This document shows, in pieces, positions 1 to 12,441 of a DNA stretch of 64,000 bases. Each line of letters starts with the position of its first letter. Within the stretch, counting starts at the first letter, position 1. The position numbers and the translations under genes are program-made. The notes under the pieces were generated by a model, which saw only the letters and a program-made list of their open reading frames with translations, was not told where the DNA came from and searched no databases. This DNA is from Moniliella sp. 'wahieum' (Eukaryota): assembly GCA_003971905.1 (NCBI GenBank), contig RSEE01000157.1, positions 1 to 64,000 on the forward strand. The letters are read 5' to 3'.

Positions 1-209
1 GCACCTCGTGGTCTTGCACGCACTGTTCGGCGTAGATGCTGGTACACCTGTGCGCTGTCCTGTAGGCCAAGCAGGATTCCCTGCCCGCATCTGATATCCG
101 ACGTCTGACGCTCAACGCGCCCAGCTGGGACAACATCTGCCCCGCAGGGTAGGGGGGGGCGATGGATCTGTATAGCAGGCTGCAGGCTAGCTTAGTTTGC
201 TGTATGGAT

Positions 210-272
210 GAAGCTTGAAGCTTGAAGCGTGAAGCTTGAAGCGTGAAGCTTGAAGCTTGAAGCTTGAATCTT
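210..272. repeat. Tandem 7-mer (GAAGCTT)x9, degenerate units GAAGCGT/GAATCTT
   Basis: Read directly: nine consecutive 7-bp units built on the AAGCTT palindrome. Confidence 0.95.
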
Positions 273-1286
273 GATCGGCATGCCGTTGCTGCGGCCATCG
301 CCATGCACCATGCGTCATCGACATCATCGATCACCGCTCATCGCTCATCTCGATCATCGGCCATCTACAGCCTAGTGTGCCAGTAACTATAGTAACCCGT
401 CCAGCTACGTCGAACCTGGGAACGTGTGCGCACGCGGGGGGCTGAGATCTGAGAAACGGTAGGGCACACGCGCAAGCGCCATCTGCGCCTCCATCGGCTC
501 ACTTGCGGGCAAGTGCCCATCGACCCATCGAGCAGCGCCCCTGCTGCAGAACTAACCAGTGACCAACCGGCCGCAATCCAAGCACGCCTACCGAGTACTG
601 AGTACCGCCTGTCAGAGCGAGGCAGCTGATCACGAGTATGGGGGAACGAAGTATCGAATGAAAGCGGTGTCGGCAGGTCGTGGCGAGAAAACAGAAGCGG
701 ACCGACCACGCAGCACAAATGAAGTGCGAGCGCGGGCAGAGCACTGGCCTAGTGCCCGCGTCCCATAGCGTCTGTTTAACGTTGACGTTACGTTGAGGTC
801 AAGCTACTGTTTCCACATCCCCACCGACCCTTCGCGGAATGGGGAACAAAAGAGTGAAAAAATTATACATCATTCACCACACTCTCAACTCACAACTCTC
901 AAATCCCAGCCCGGTACTCAGTTATTCACCACCAGCAATAGACTACCCTCCTATTGTCGAGCCTGACCAACGCGAGCCACCATGCCCTGAGGGCTGATGG
1001 TCGAGCAGGGTGATCGGCGAACGTGAAGAACAAAACAAAGGGAGTGAAATTGAACCCGTCTCGCCCGAGGGCGGGAGGGTAGAAATGGCCATCACACAGG
1101 ACACAGGGGAGGTCACCGGTCACCGGTCACTGGTCACGACGACCTCCCTCGCACGAAGAAAGAACCTGGCCAAAGAAGCAGGCCAGGAATCAGGGAATCG
1201 GAGGCAGAGGCCCGAAGTGGCCGGGGAATTGGGAATTGGGAATTGGGAATTGGTGAGGTGCGCGTCGGGCCAGCGAGCCGAGCGGT

Positions 1287-1563
1287 TTACTCGTCCCGGA
1301 GCGCAATGTAGAGCGCGTGGATGAGACCAGGGAAGTAACCAAAGCACTGGAGGAGCAGCCAAGCACATGGATGGTCAGTGGTGGGTCGGGCAAGAGACGG
1401 GAAGAAGGCAAACAAAAGGCGCGCGGGGAGAAGGATTAACAAAACGTACGGTAAGAACAACGTTGATCCAGAACTGGGCCGTGCAGCCCACCTTCATGAA
1501 CACGCCAAGAGGCGGGAGGATGATGGCAAGGATGATGTCAAGGCAAGTAGCGCCGCCGCCCAT
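1287..1563 (-). CDS. PMP3: Plasma membrane proteolipid 3 (Pmp3/UPF0057), 57 aa, 2 exons (1563-1450, 1346-1287)
   Basis: Spliced product MGGGATCLDIILAIILPPLGVFMKVGCTAQFWINVVLT|CFGYFPGLIHALYIALRDE*. Intron 1449-1347 has GTACGT donor, CTGAC branch and CAG acceptor. Typical Pmp3 motifs ILPPLGV and PGLIHALY. Confidence 0.93.
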
Positions 1564-3765
1564 GGTGGAGAATGCAGGAAGTGGTGGTGGTGGTAGGTCA
1601 ACAAGCTTCGGAGGGTTAAACGCTACAAAGACAGCCACGGCCCGAGGGGACTGGGCCAACTTGCCGGAGCGCGTGCGCAGCCAGAAGGAAGCCGGCAGCA
1701 GCACACTGGCGCCGCGCTGCCGACGCCTGCTGCGCCCCGTCGCGCATGGAGGGTTGAGATTGAGGCCGGGGCACAGGGCGCGCATCCAATTCTCCACGCC
1801 CGATCGGAGGGCAGCAGGCTGCCCCTGTGCCTGGGCCAGCAGGCCACCGGATAGACGGGGGATGCATCGATGACATCACCCTGCCGCCGTCTGCGCGCGT
1901 CCTGACGTGCATGATGCATGATGCATGATGCATGAGTCATCACCCATGGTGGATGTTCGATGATGTCAGAGGCAGGCGGGCCTGCAGGGGCTGGCCCAGT
2001 GGGCAGGACGTAGGCTTGCGCGCGGTGGGCGTGGAGGGTGGCGTGACAGGTGGCATGCGGCAGGGCGCATGTCGTGTGCAACCTCGCGTCACGCGTCGGC
2101 CAAAGTCAGCGGTGCATGTTTTGCAGCCATCTCTCCGATCTCGACGCACCTCGTTCGCTCCGTTGCCTTGTCACATGTCGCCTGGCAAGGACCACGTTGA
2201 GCCTGCGTGGTGCACTCGAGAGGGGACCAACGACGACACGCGTCAAGAGCGTACACCGCACACCCAGCCATCTCGGACGGTTCCCTCTGGTCTGTGTGCA
2301 AAGGCAGTACCCTTAACGATAAGGATTAAGGTTGGTACCGGCTAGGACCCATGGAGTAACGATCTCAGACCTCAGCGCACGCTCTCGGCCGGCCGCGGTG
2401 ACAGGTGCCCCCCCCGTGGTACTCATCCTCACCGCCTCCGGCTCACCGGAGTGTCGATCGCTTCGCACCTACCAGCACCAGGTACCGCTTGTGTCTTGCC
2501 TCTGTTTTTACATGGCCAGGGTCGATATTGGGCTGAGTGCTGTGAGCCTCAGCGCTGAGCGGGGGTTGGGTAAACGTTAAACCGGAAAAACGGTGAAGGA
2601 ACGAGGAAGGCTCTGCGCGCAGCGCAGCCGCCGCTTTGTACTGATCGAGAGAGACCTTGGTACCCACGTTCCATCCAACCATCAGTTACTAGTTACCGCA
2701 AAGCGGGTCCTGCGCTTCGCCCATATGGCACACATGGTTTTCTTAATGAGACAGCAGCGGCGGATGAGCTGATGAGCGGGGGAAAAGACAGCATGCAGAG
2801 GGAGGAAGGAAGGACTCTCCCGTCCACTCCAATCGCGGTGAAGGTACCAGGTTGGGTGTTGGATCAGGCCTCAGGCTGAGGCCTCAGGGATGCAAGTGGG
2901 CCATATCCAGACGGAGAGGCAGGAACGAAGGCGACGGCCCAAAGGATGCACACTGTCCCAACAGCGATGCACATAGCGACGCCCACCATCCGTTTTTTGC
3001 ACTCCAAATGAAGGTACTGCTGGCGCGAGGATGCTATGCCACCCCGACTGCTAGGAAGATGGTCAAGACTGGAACACGTGAGCCACAGAGTTTGGTTGAA
3101 TAACCATGGCTTCCATGTGCCCGACGTGACGCTACGGTATTGTATGCCCTGGCGCTACACCAGACTTGAACAGGCGGGACGGCCGGACCTACTGACACGG
3201 CCGTTTGGGCGTCCTCCTTGAGTGGACCTGACCTGCCACAAACGCCTGCAGCACGAGCGAGCCCAGTGACCAGTGCCTAGTGGCTGAGCGCGGCGCTGGA
3301 TGTCCCCTCAGTACTCAGTCGTCTGTCCCTGCTCAGGTGCTAAGCTTCAAGTACCTCGAGTAACGTTGATGATAGATATATATCTGTGGAGACTATCATG
3401 GCCCTCTTTGGCCACAGGACATTGCACCGCCCTTGCCAGGCAGGCATCTGGAAAGGTGGAACTCACTCCTCACCCGGACCGTCTGCGACGTAGGGCACAT
3501 CCTCACCGTGGTCCAGGGAAGAGAAGCGTCCCACGGGCCTAAACTCTAAACCCTCAGCACTAAAAACAGGCCCACGTGCTACCGTGGATAACCTACTAGG
3601 TAAACGTTGGCCTGTACCGTACTATACGCCTCGTGCATTGTTCGGGACCCACAACTGCGCCGAACCGCAGGCGGACAACAAGCACGCCAGCTGCCCCGCA
3701 AGGCCGCTGTGGCGACCATGACCAACCGGGACGACGACAGAGGCCGCTGAGGGGGAGAGGAAGAC

Positions 3766-5511
3766 TCAAGCCTGACTGGCTTCTTGGCACGCGGCCTCCC
3801 AGACAGCCGCAGCGACGCTGGCCACAGCGGCGGACAAGGACCAGGAGCGTGGCGCGGGCTGGGGCGGGAGCTGGTTGGGCGGAGCGGTGGGCAACCAGGC
3901 AGGCGCATGGGCCGGAGCCAAGAAGAGCTGTTCCCATTCCGGATGGCGCGTGCGACGTTCGACATAGGCCGTGGTGGCGGTGGAGGTGAGTGTGTCGCCA
4001 TCGTCGGTGCTCGGAGGCGGGAGGGACCGCGGAGTGAGCCGTACCTCCTCCACCACCAGCACGGCGTCCTGGGCAGTGGCCCAGCCAGCAGGCGAGCCTG
4101 CCATCCCAGCGGCCTGCTGGGCGGCCGCGGTAACCGCTGGCGGATCCGTGGCGCACCAGGCCGGTCCGACCCCAAGTTGGTCCACTGAAGACGCATGTCG
4201 ATCGTCCGCAGGGTGCGGTTGCGGCGCGAAGGACGCAGACGCACTTGGATCCGGCGCGCTGAGCCCGGGTCCGTAGGTACCTCCGCGGCGGGCGGGCGTC
4301 CGTGTCGTTGAGAAAGAGGAGATCATCTTCTCCCCACGCGGATCCCTCGAGCGGGGTCCAAGGCAGACCTGGGTCGTGGTCTTCCCCGCCCGAACGGTCC
4401 TGCTCAAAGGTAGGATAGCGCGCTCTCGTTCTTTCCACACTTCAATGTCGCGCTCCGACGGAGAGGAACGAGCCAGCGCATGGCGATGCTACCAACCCGG
4501 CTGTCGCATAAGCCGAAAGGGCGAGGGAGGGAGGCCCATCCTTGGATTGCACCAGGGCAGGGTTCGTGGCTTCCTCGGGCACTTGTCCCTCCGCGTCGGG
4601 AGGAGGTGGAGGTGGAGCACTGGGCCCAGCGGGTTTGTCGGTGCGACCGGGGAGGTCGAGGAAGGCGAGGGCATTGGCCTGGGCCCTGCGCGAGACATAC
4701 GCTTGAAGGTGGGTGTTGAGGTGGGCAATAAAGGGTTGAAAGCCCGGGTGAGCTTGGAGGAGTGGCAACCCCAAATCCACCTGTGAGCTCCGCGTTGGCG
4801 TGGTCCAAGTCAGGCGTGTGGGAGTGAAGGTGAGTGGCGAGCAGGGTGGTGAGCGGAACAAAAGGAGGGATGGTGTGTCGGATCAACAGGAGGCTTTTGT
4901 CGTTGACTGCCTTGGTCATCCCGGTGGAATGAACGGGCAATGCGGCGCGCAACACAACCGTTCATCTCCCACTTGGAGCTGGTCATTTCGGGCAAAGACG
5001 AGGTAGAATGGTTCGCAAAACGAGCCTGGTACAAGCAGTGGACAGCGTCAGAGAACTGACTGAACCCGAGACGGAGAGAACGCACCTTGAGCAAACGTAT
5101 CGATTCGCACGCCCAGACCAAGAGCGGGCGCATCGTCCGACTGGTTCTCGACAGCTGGGAGCGGCGTGCAGCGCGGCTCGGCGGGCAGCCCGGGCGCGCC
5201 GACCAATGTCCAAGTCGATTTCAAAGCACGTAGCCCCACAGAGGGCGCGGTAGAGGACAGAGCGTTCCTCGACGTCGACCAAGTGGCGGCCGACGCGGGC
5301 GATGCGTTGTGGACGCGCCTCGTCTCCGGGCGGGAGGCTGGACAGCGAGGCGGGCGGGTCGGCTGCGGCCAGGCGCGGAGGTCGGCGGGCCGCTGGGTGC
5401 GGAGGACAGCCAAGGACACGAGGGAGGCACGCTCGACTGGAGCGAGGAGTGGGTGGCGCGTGCCTGGCTGATCTGTGCGCGCAGCACCTCGCGGACGGGG
5501 TCGGTGGCCAT
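3766..5511 (-). CDS. Probable kinetochore protein CENP-O/Mcm21 family (frameshifted in this assembly)
   Basis: Fragments across frames: LYRALCGATCFEID; LGVRIDTFAQG|SFCEPFYLVFARN (GTGCGT..CTGAC..CAG intron); LLIRHTIPPFVPLTTLLATHL; FIAHLNTHLQAYVSRRAQ. These resemble the CENP-O RWD-region pattern in the right order. Ends approximate. Confidence 0.7.
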
Positions 5512-7027
5512 GGCGCGGTGGGAGGAGCAGCGGCGGGGGGCGCTGCCTTGCCTGCCTGCTTGCTTGCTGTAACCCAGCTGCCTCCCACGCGACGCGCCGG
5601 CTTCGATTTCAGTTTCAGGCTGCGCCCGCCACGGTCACGTGCCTCCCCTGGGGCCACCAGGTGGCGAGCCGACCACTGGTGTCCTGCCTCCCGGTCGAGC
5701 CCCATACGCACCACGCCCCGATGCCAACCAGCAGCACACTCGGCGTTCGTTCCTACCGGGCCACCTGCGTCTAATGATGCTAAGGTGATGGACGGTACTC
5801 TCACGCCCAAGATGGGTTGGTTAGGAGCAATGGGTGCGCCCCGGTAACGTTGCGTTCGCGTGGTGCAACCCAAAGAACAGCCATCACGATCGCAGTAGAG
5901 CCAAGCTACTCCACTCGGCCCCCTTCTGTCGTCAACAGGAGTATCGCCGCAGATAACTACCCAGCGTGCCGAAAACTACACACATACAAAGACTACTACG
6001 TCCAGCAGAGTGTTGGCAACAATGCAAATGATTTGGGGCACACGGGCGCAGGCGGCCACTTGGACAGGGGGCATGCCCGACCGGCAGGCGGGCCGGCAAC
6101 TTCACATAGCTGAGAAACAACGGCGAGCAGAGCTTCGAGCCATTGGCAAGCTCACCCAAACGGGAGCTGCTTACTTGGAGCGGGCACGCATCTTTCTGCG
6201 TTTGCGGCGCAGACGGCGCATGCGTTTCTTCCTCCACTTCGCTCTCACTGCACCACAGGCAACGTTAGCCACAGTCCTTCTCACCGCAGCAGCAGCTGCG
6301 AAGGGACCCGGATAGGCGGGGGAGGCAGACACTCACTTTTCGGGTGACCGGTACTGAGAACGCTGGTGGAGAAGAGCTACACAACTAGGGCAGTAAACAC
6401 CATATAAGAGTCTGGGGCGGGAGGGTAGGGTTACAGCAGGCGCATTTGCCGCAGCAACCCTAAGGTGTGGCGACATGGGTGACGCTGACAACATGAAATC
6501 GATGAGCCGCTGATGCATGATGCATGATGGCCTGTGGATTTCCTTAGGCACTAGTCACTTGTCACACGTCACATGTCACTGCCTCTGCGAGCGTGTCCGG
6601 TCACCGGTCAGGTGACCACATCGATGATTGATGTCGATGACTCTGACGCGTGACGTCATCATTACCGGTTGATTGGTCAGCATCTAAAGTTGGGGGACTC
6701 AACTTTATTATCACAGTGTCCAACCCAAGCACACGACCCAGCGTAACTCTAGCTACATCTATAAGCCGATCTGGGATGCTCTGGCAGAGCATGCAGCAAC
6801 CACTTGTCCAGCCACTGGCATCCTTCTCTCGAAGCAACGAGCCCAATGGGGGTACCATGTAACAGGTAGCCATGAATCGTGTCTCATGCATCATTATGCG
6901 TTACGCGTTACGCAGCATGGACCCGCAGATCCACCAGCCGACTCCTCTCTCCCATCCGATCGGGAGCACGCAGTCAACCATTATGATCCTAGGATGGGAA
7001 CTGCCTTGCAGTAGCTCTCAATCGCTC

Positions 7028-8739
7028 TCAGGAGAAAGAAAAGGTCCCATTATAGGTCTCCCATACGCTCCTATCGCCCGCGTCGTCATCGGACTCGACG
7101 GAAGCGGGCGACTGCAGAGGCGGCGCGACGGACGGTGCCTGTGCCTGCTGCGTCTCTGTCGGTTGGGCCGCGCCAACAGCGCGTGCGTACGCGTCGATCG
7201 CCGTGCCTGGTCTTGCGTCCCGCAGCACTTGGCCCACGGACGCGACCAGCGCCGGGTTGCGCGTCAAGAGTCCCCGTCGCAGCCACCCATTCTCCTGCAC
7301 CAGCAACCCATTCTCACTTTGCAGCTCCCCCTCGCGCTGGGTCAGGTAGCGTATATCGGCCGATCGGATCGCCTCCCGTACCTCGTCGCGCGCATGTTTC
7401 TTGTCCTTGGCAGTGTCTGCGATGAGCCGAGGAACAAAAGAAAACAACACAACAAAGTAAAGTCAGTACACCGTAGCCATCGCACGAGACACGGCTAGCA
7501 ACCAATACGTACGCGTCGACATCTCCCCGATCGCCATTGTATTTCGCCGTTGTTTGGCCGCAGCGAGCGAGTTGGTAAGCTGCGCCTCGTCGTCCGTGCT
7601 GGGCTCCGACTTGCCCGGCTCCTCATCTGCCGATCCCTCCGACACGACGGGGCTCGGCGCGGCAGCAATCGTCACCCCGGGCGGCAACTTGCCTGGGAAG
7701 ACGACATTGTGCGGCAGCGGTGCTGGCGGCGGCGCGCCCGGGCGCAAGTTGAGGATGATGGCGCTCTTCTTGCGTCCGCGGAGACGTTGGCCCGACGTGA
7801 GCGGGTTGATGGGTACCAGCGGGGTTTTGCTCTTTTTCCGCAGGACGGGCGTGGGTCGCGCTGGTGCCGGTGCCGGTGCCGGTGCCGATTCCGGTACCGA
7901 TGACGGTGCTGCGCGGGGGGAAGGTCCCAACGGCGACGGGTTGGACACCGACCCACGCGGGGACGAGTGGTGCGAGCCAGGCCGGCGAGGCGAGGTTTCC
8001 CGTGAAAGTGTTCTTTCCCCACGGATTAGATGGGAGTGGTGGGGCGGTAGGTGCAGGGGGGCGGATAGGAGAAGGCGAGGAGCGGCGAGAGGACGTAGAG
8101 GGATGTGCGGCAGTTTCATCCAGAAAGGCAGCCAGCCACTCGGACTGGCTGGCGGGAGAGAGCCAAGGATCAAAGGGGGGTATCCCACCTGGTTCATGAG
8201 GCGCTGATAAGGGCCCAGGACGAGGTGCCAAAGCTGCCATGACCTGAGGCGTGGGGCGAAGAGGTGCGTCTGCGGGAAGAACGGTTAACGATTTCAGATG
8301 TGCTGTCGGGCGCGGACAACGTACCCAAAGACGGAGCCCAAGCCCGGGACCTGCCATGGCGAGAGCACCGCTAGGCCCGGGCCCGATTCGGGTATCCAAA
8401 CTGTGGCTACGACGGGGAGGCGGTTGCGAGGGATGGTGGATGAGGTGCTGCTGCGCCTCGAGATGCGAAGGGAGGGGCACTGGCCATGCCGGCGCTACCT
8501 CCTGGGTGGGTGTATGGTTTGGCGGGGTGGGACGAGGGGGCGCAAACGATGGCGGGGGGACGATCATCGGCTGTGTTGGATGAAAGAGCGGCGGAGGCGG
8601 TTCCTGCATTATCTGATCCGGATGTGGGGGTGGGGGGGTGGTACCGGGTGGGAGGAAGGAGCGGGATCAAGAGCGAAAGGGAGTTGACGCTGTGCCAGAA
8701 CGCAGCGTCGCCGGCTCCGGGGGGCTGGTTGCTGCTCAT
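7028..8739 (-). CDS. Pro-rich protein with C-terminal leucine zipper (atypical bZIP-like)
   Basis: Likely start MSSNQPPGAG at 8739. Intron 7512-7417 (GTACGT..CTGAC..CAG) joins to TAKDKKHARDEVREAIRSADIRYLTQREGELQSENGLLVQENGWLRR, with four heptad leucines. Confidence 0.55.
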
Positions 8740-10197
8740 GCCAGCAGCGGGCGCATCCAGCGAGAGAGATGGAGGGGGGTGCACAGAGGCGGTTGAGCGC
8801 GTGGGCGTGGGCGTGGGATGGATGGGGTGGTGATGGACTGGGCAAAGCAGGTGTGCGCAGCAGTGGCAGCAAGATAGGGGCACGGGCGGGATGGTGTGGG
8901 GGGGGCATACGCGTCTGCAATGGCGTAAGTATGAACCGGTGGCGTATGCTGTGGGTGCGCGCACACAACTCAAGCAGCTCCGCCAGGTCAGCCGGGCACC
9001 GGCAGAAGCGAGGGAGACCGTGTGGCACTTACCCAGCTGGCTATCCGGCGGGCCGAATCCCCCACGGAGCAGAGCAGTGCGGCGTGGACCGCGTATGGAT
9101 GAGGACAGCAGGCGCGACGAGGTGGGCAGGCGGGCATCGGTGACACACGAGTCGCCCACGGCGGAGGACATGCATTGAATCTAGGCACTACGTCGTTCAC
9201 GTACTCGTGGATCTGTGTATTGCGCGTGGAGACTACTACTGGTGTTGCTCCGCTGTGCGCGGCTGGGCCAACGCACGAACCCACGTGCGTGCGCAGGGGG
9301 GCGGCGGCGTTTGAACGCAGGACGTGCCGCGGGGGGCTTGAGCTTGCCGCTGGAAGCGGACGCAGGCGCTGGGGGCCTGCCGCCTGAAGCAGCATGCTGG
9401 GCGCTGGCGTTGGTGTCGCTGATGGGGGGTGCCGACGCGGATGGCGTGCTGTTGGCCGGCGCTCGACACAGACGCGAACACTGGCGTATCGGCTGGCCCG
9501 ATCACAAAACGCTCCACAATGGTGTGCTCATTGCGTTCCCTGCTAGGTTTGGCTGGGCGCTACGCCGTGAATCGCGCAGAGTAGGGTTATTCTCTCGCTT
9601 AAAACGGGTGGCGTATTGGCTTCAAGCTTCAACCGTACATAGGACAAGGCAGGTCAGCCGGTCAGCAGACCGCTCGGGCTTAGCAGCTGCCCGAACTCCG
9701 CCGAACTGCGTCAACATCGACGCAAACCGACCGCGCCCCTTGGGGGCCATCCCCGTTTACCACCTGTGACCACCTGACCACCATCCCGACACGAGCACCC
9801 ATCGGCCTAGTCAGGGTATGCCGCAGCGCCCGCGTGGAACGGGCCAAGCCCGTGCCCTTAATAGGCCTCATGCGCATCCCACATCCACCGTGCACGCCAG
9901 TTCTGTATTTCTCACCATCATGGCCAACTACATCTATCCACACAGTCAACAAGGAGGGGGCGTAGAAGCGCCACAGAGTGGCAGGCATGCGATTGTCAAA
10001 CCTTTTGGGTTCGGGGTGGCCAGTAGCACAACCATCCCCTGGGGGCGAGCGAGTCGAGGCAAGTGTCTGACTCGCTCAAAAAGAAACCATGACAGGAGCT
10101 GTGGTGACAAGGGAGCGTCCCATAGGAGCATCGGCAAGGCCAGGCAAGTCCACGTTAACCCTTAACCAACCACAGTAAACGAACCAAGCTACCCGGT

Positions 10198-10815
10198 TTA
10201 ACGGTTGCTCTTGGCCACACGCTCCAACTCGTCCTTCTTCTTGATGGCGTACGAGTTGGAAGAGCCCTTGGCAGCGTTGATCAGCTCGTCCGCAAGGCAC
10301 TCCGAGATGGACTTGACGTTGCGGAACGCCGACTCGCGCGTGCCAATGGTCAGGAGCGAGATGGCCTGGTTGACGCGACGGAGGGCGACACATCCACCGC
10401 CTGGCGACGCACCGTGCCGCCCGAGCCAATGCGCGTCGAGTCTTCACGCGGGCCCGTGTTGATGATGGCGTCGACCAAGACCTGGATCGGGTTCTGGTCG
10501 GTGAGGAGCGAGATGATCTCGAACGCGTGGGCGACAATGCGGACGGCCATGAGCTTCTTGCCGTTGTTACGGCCGTTCATCATGAGCGCATCCACAAGAC
10601 GCTCAACAATCGGCATCGACGCCTTCTTGAACGCCTTGGAAGCGTACCGGCCAGCCGTGTGGGGCACGTACACCGCATTGCGCAGCGAAATGTAGTCCTG
10701 CAGCGACAGGTCCTTCACCTCCACATCCTGCACGTCGTACTTTCCAAAGAGGAGCACAGCACCCTTGAGCGGCCACAGCCGCAGCCTCCTTGGGGATAGT
10801 TTGCACGGTCGCCAT
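10198..10815 (-). CDS. RPS5: 40S ribosomal protein S5 (uS7)
   Basis: [91 protein letters not shown] few 1-bp indels. 5'UTR intron 10965-10829 (GTGAGT..GCTGAT..CAG). Confidence 0.97.
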
Positions 10816-11137
10816 CTTAGGTTGCTAACTGGGTAGACGGAGGAGGATCAGCCGTCTGCATACACCATCGCAAAACCGTGGCCTCGAACCACGCAACGAG
10901 GGAGCGCCGCCAGAGGCGCAACAGCAACCCCCGACTACACCCACACGCATCGTATGCGTACTCACCTTGCTGGGCCGGACCGTCGGAGTAAGTGTTGCAC
11001 ACAGAGTCGAGCACGATGGCGGGGCGGCGGACCTAAGCCGTCCGGCTGGCTGGCGTACGCGGGCGGCAAAATTCCGCCAACCGCAGCAGAGCCGGTAACA
11101 CACTGCCCTCTTCCTAAATTACCGCATTGCTATTAAC

Positions 11138-11153
11138 TAGGGTTGCAACCCTA
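11138..11153. promoter_or_regulatory. Perfect 16-bp palindrome TAGGGTTGCAACCCTA in the RPS5/RPS28 bidirectional promoter
   Basis: Palindrome read directly. Its half-site GCAACCCTA recurs upstream of RPL13 (14061) and PAB1 (16628, reverse). Function inferred. Confidence 0.55.
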
Positions 11154-11229
11154 CTCTGCGCCATGCAGGAATATGCCAGTCTCCTTGGCGAGCTCACCCG
11201 TCTCGTGTCCCCCCCCACCCTCATCCGCA

Positions 11230-11494
11230 ATGGAAGCCGTCTCGAAGCAACCCGTCAAGCTGGCCAAGGTCACCAAGGTTCTCGGGCGGACTGGCTCGCG
11301 TGGCGGTGTGATTCAGGTGCGTGTCGAGTTCATGGACGACTCGACCCGCTCCATCATCCGGAACGTCAAGGGCCCCGTCAAGGTGGACGACATTCTTGCC
11401 CTTCTCGAGTCGGAGCGTGAGGCACGGTACGTTCTACGCCCTTGTTGTGGTCTGGTCTCCCTTGTACTGACTCCCCTGCAGTCGCTTGCGTTAA
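11230..11494 (+). CDS. RPS28: 40S ribosomal protein S28 (eS28), 2 exons (11230-11426, 11482-11494)
   Basis: [69 protein letters not shown] after removing intron 11427-11481 (GTACGT..CTGAC..CAG). Confidence 0.97.
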
Positions 11495-12106
11495 GCAACC
11501 TCGGTCCTCCCTCTCTGGACGGGAATCTTGTCTCTTGTGCTCCGCATTTGGGTTCTGTCTTGTTTTTGTGCGGTTCTATCGTTTGTTCGGCACACACGCA
11601 TCGGGCCCCGATCCCTCTTTGCACCGGCAGCCTCTTCCCGGCCTGCTACGCCTCAAAACGCATCTCGCTTATGGCATTGCACACGCGCGTGCCTCCATGT
11701 CATAGTTCTGAACTTGCTGTATTCATGCCAGCATGATGTAGGTGTCCTGAGGCATTCTGGTCGCCGCAGGCAGAAGAGCATGCCTCGTCATGTGCACGTG
11801 GGCGGTCACGATTGCGGCCGCCTCTTCTGAGGTGAGAATGGTCCGTCAGGTGGCCGCCGGGCTCACTGGCGAAGGGGCCAAGGAGTTTGCTTCGCTCCCT
11901 GATAGGTAGGGCAAACACATACTGTATTCGCGCGGACGCCACGCCACGTTCATCCATACCCGATACCAACCGAGATGCGAACGAGCTGGCCAAGCCATGG
12001 TGAAATGGCGTTTGAGCGGAATGCCTAAATTCCGCCCTTCTTCGCCCCCCGAGCGAAGCTACCTGCCTAGGCTGCGTCGGGCTCCACCACCTCCCAGTCC
12101 TTCGTC

Positions 12107-12441
12107 ATGGCCAACACGCTGAGCGAGACGGACCAGAAGGAGCTGCAGGGCTTCCTGGAGGCGGAGCAGGCCAAGGCGCGTGTCCAAAGCTCGGTGCATC
12201 AGTTTACCGATATGTGCTGGGACAAGTGCGTCACCTCCATTGGTTCCCGCATGGGCAAGGAGGCCACCTGCCTGTCCAACTGCGTTGAGCGCTTCCTCGA
12301 CTCGTCGCTGTACATTGTACGTGCGCGTTGCCACTGCCTGTTGACTGCTCGTCTGACTGCCCCTTTCTCTTTTCGCCTCGCTGTGCTTCCCAGGTCAAGC
12401 AGATTGAAGCCCAGCGCGCCCAAGCCGGCTCGTTTGAGTAA
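12107..12441 (+). CDS. TIM8: Mitochondrial small Tim chaperone Tim8, 2 exons (12107-12316, 12394-12441)
   Basis: ELQGFLEAEQAKARVQSSVHQFTDMCWDKC..CLSNCVERFLD has the twin CX3C motif and a Tim8-like N-terminus. Intron 12317-12393. Confidence 0.9.

Noticed and set aside
210..272. Palindromic arrays read as CRISPR repeats or cloning/polylinker artefacts
   Set aside because: There is no repeat-spacer structure and no cas gene, and the context is eukaryotic. The units are degenerate and dispersed through native intergenic DNA.
1224..1251. (GGGAATT)x4, and (GACTAGG)x3 near 35635, read as telomeric seeds or members of the ANNNNT class
   Set aside because: They are not TTAGGG and have only a 4-bp palindromic core. 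They share the 7-bp period, but I did not count them as support for the rule.
5770..6330. Possible small gene or gene relic
   Set aside because: Short ORFs with no recognisable motif or convincing splice structure.
10829..10965. Intron-encoded snoRNA in the RPS5 or RPL13 leader introns
   Set aside because: I could not find a convincing C/D box pair with terminal stem, or an H/ACA architecture.
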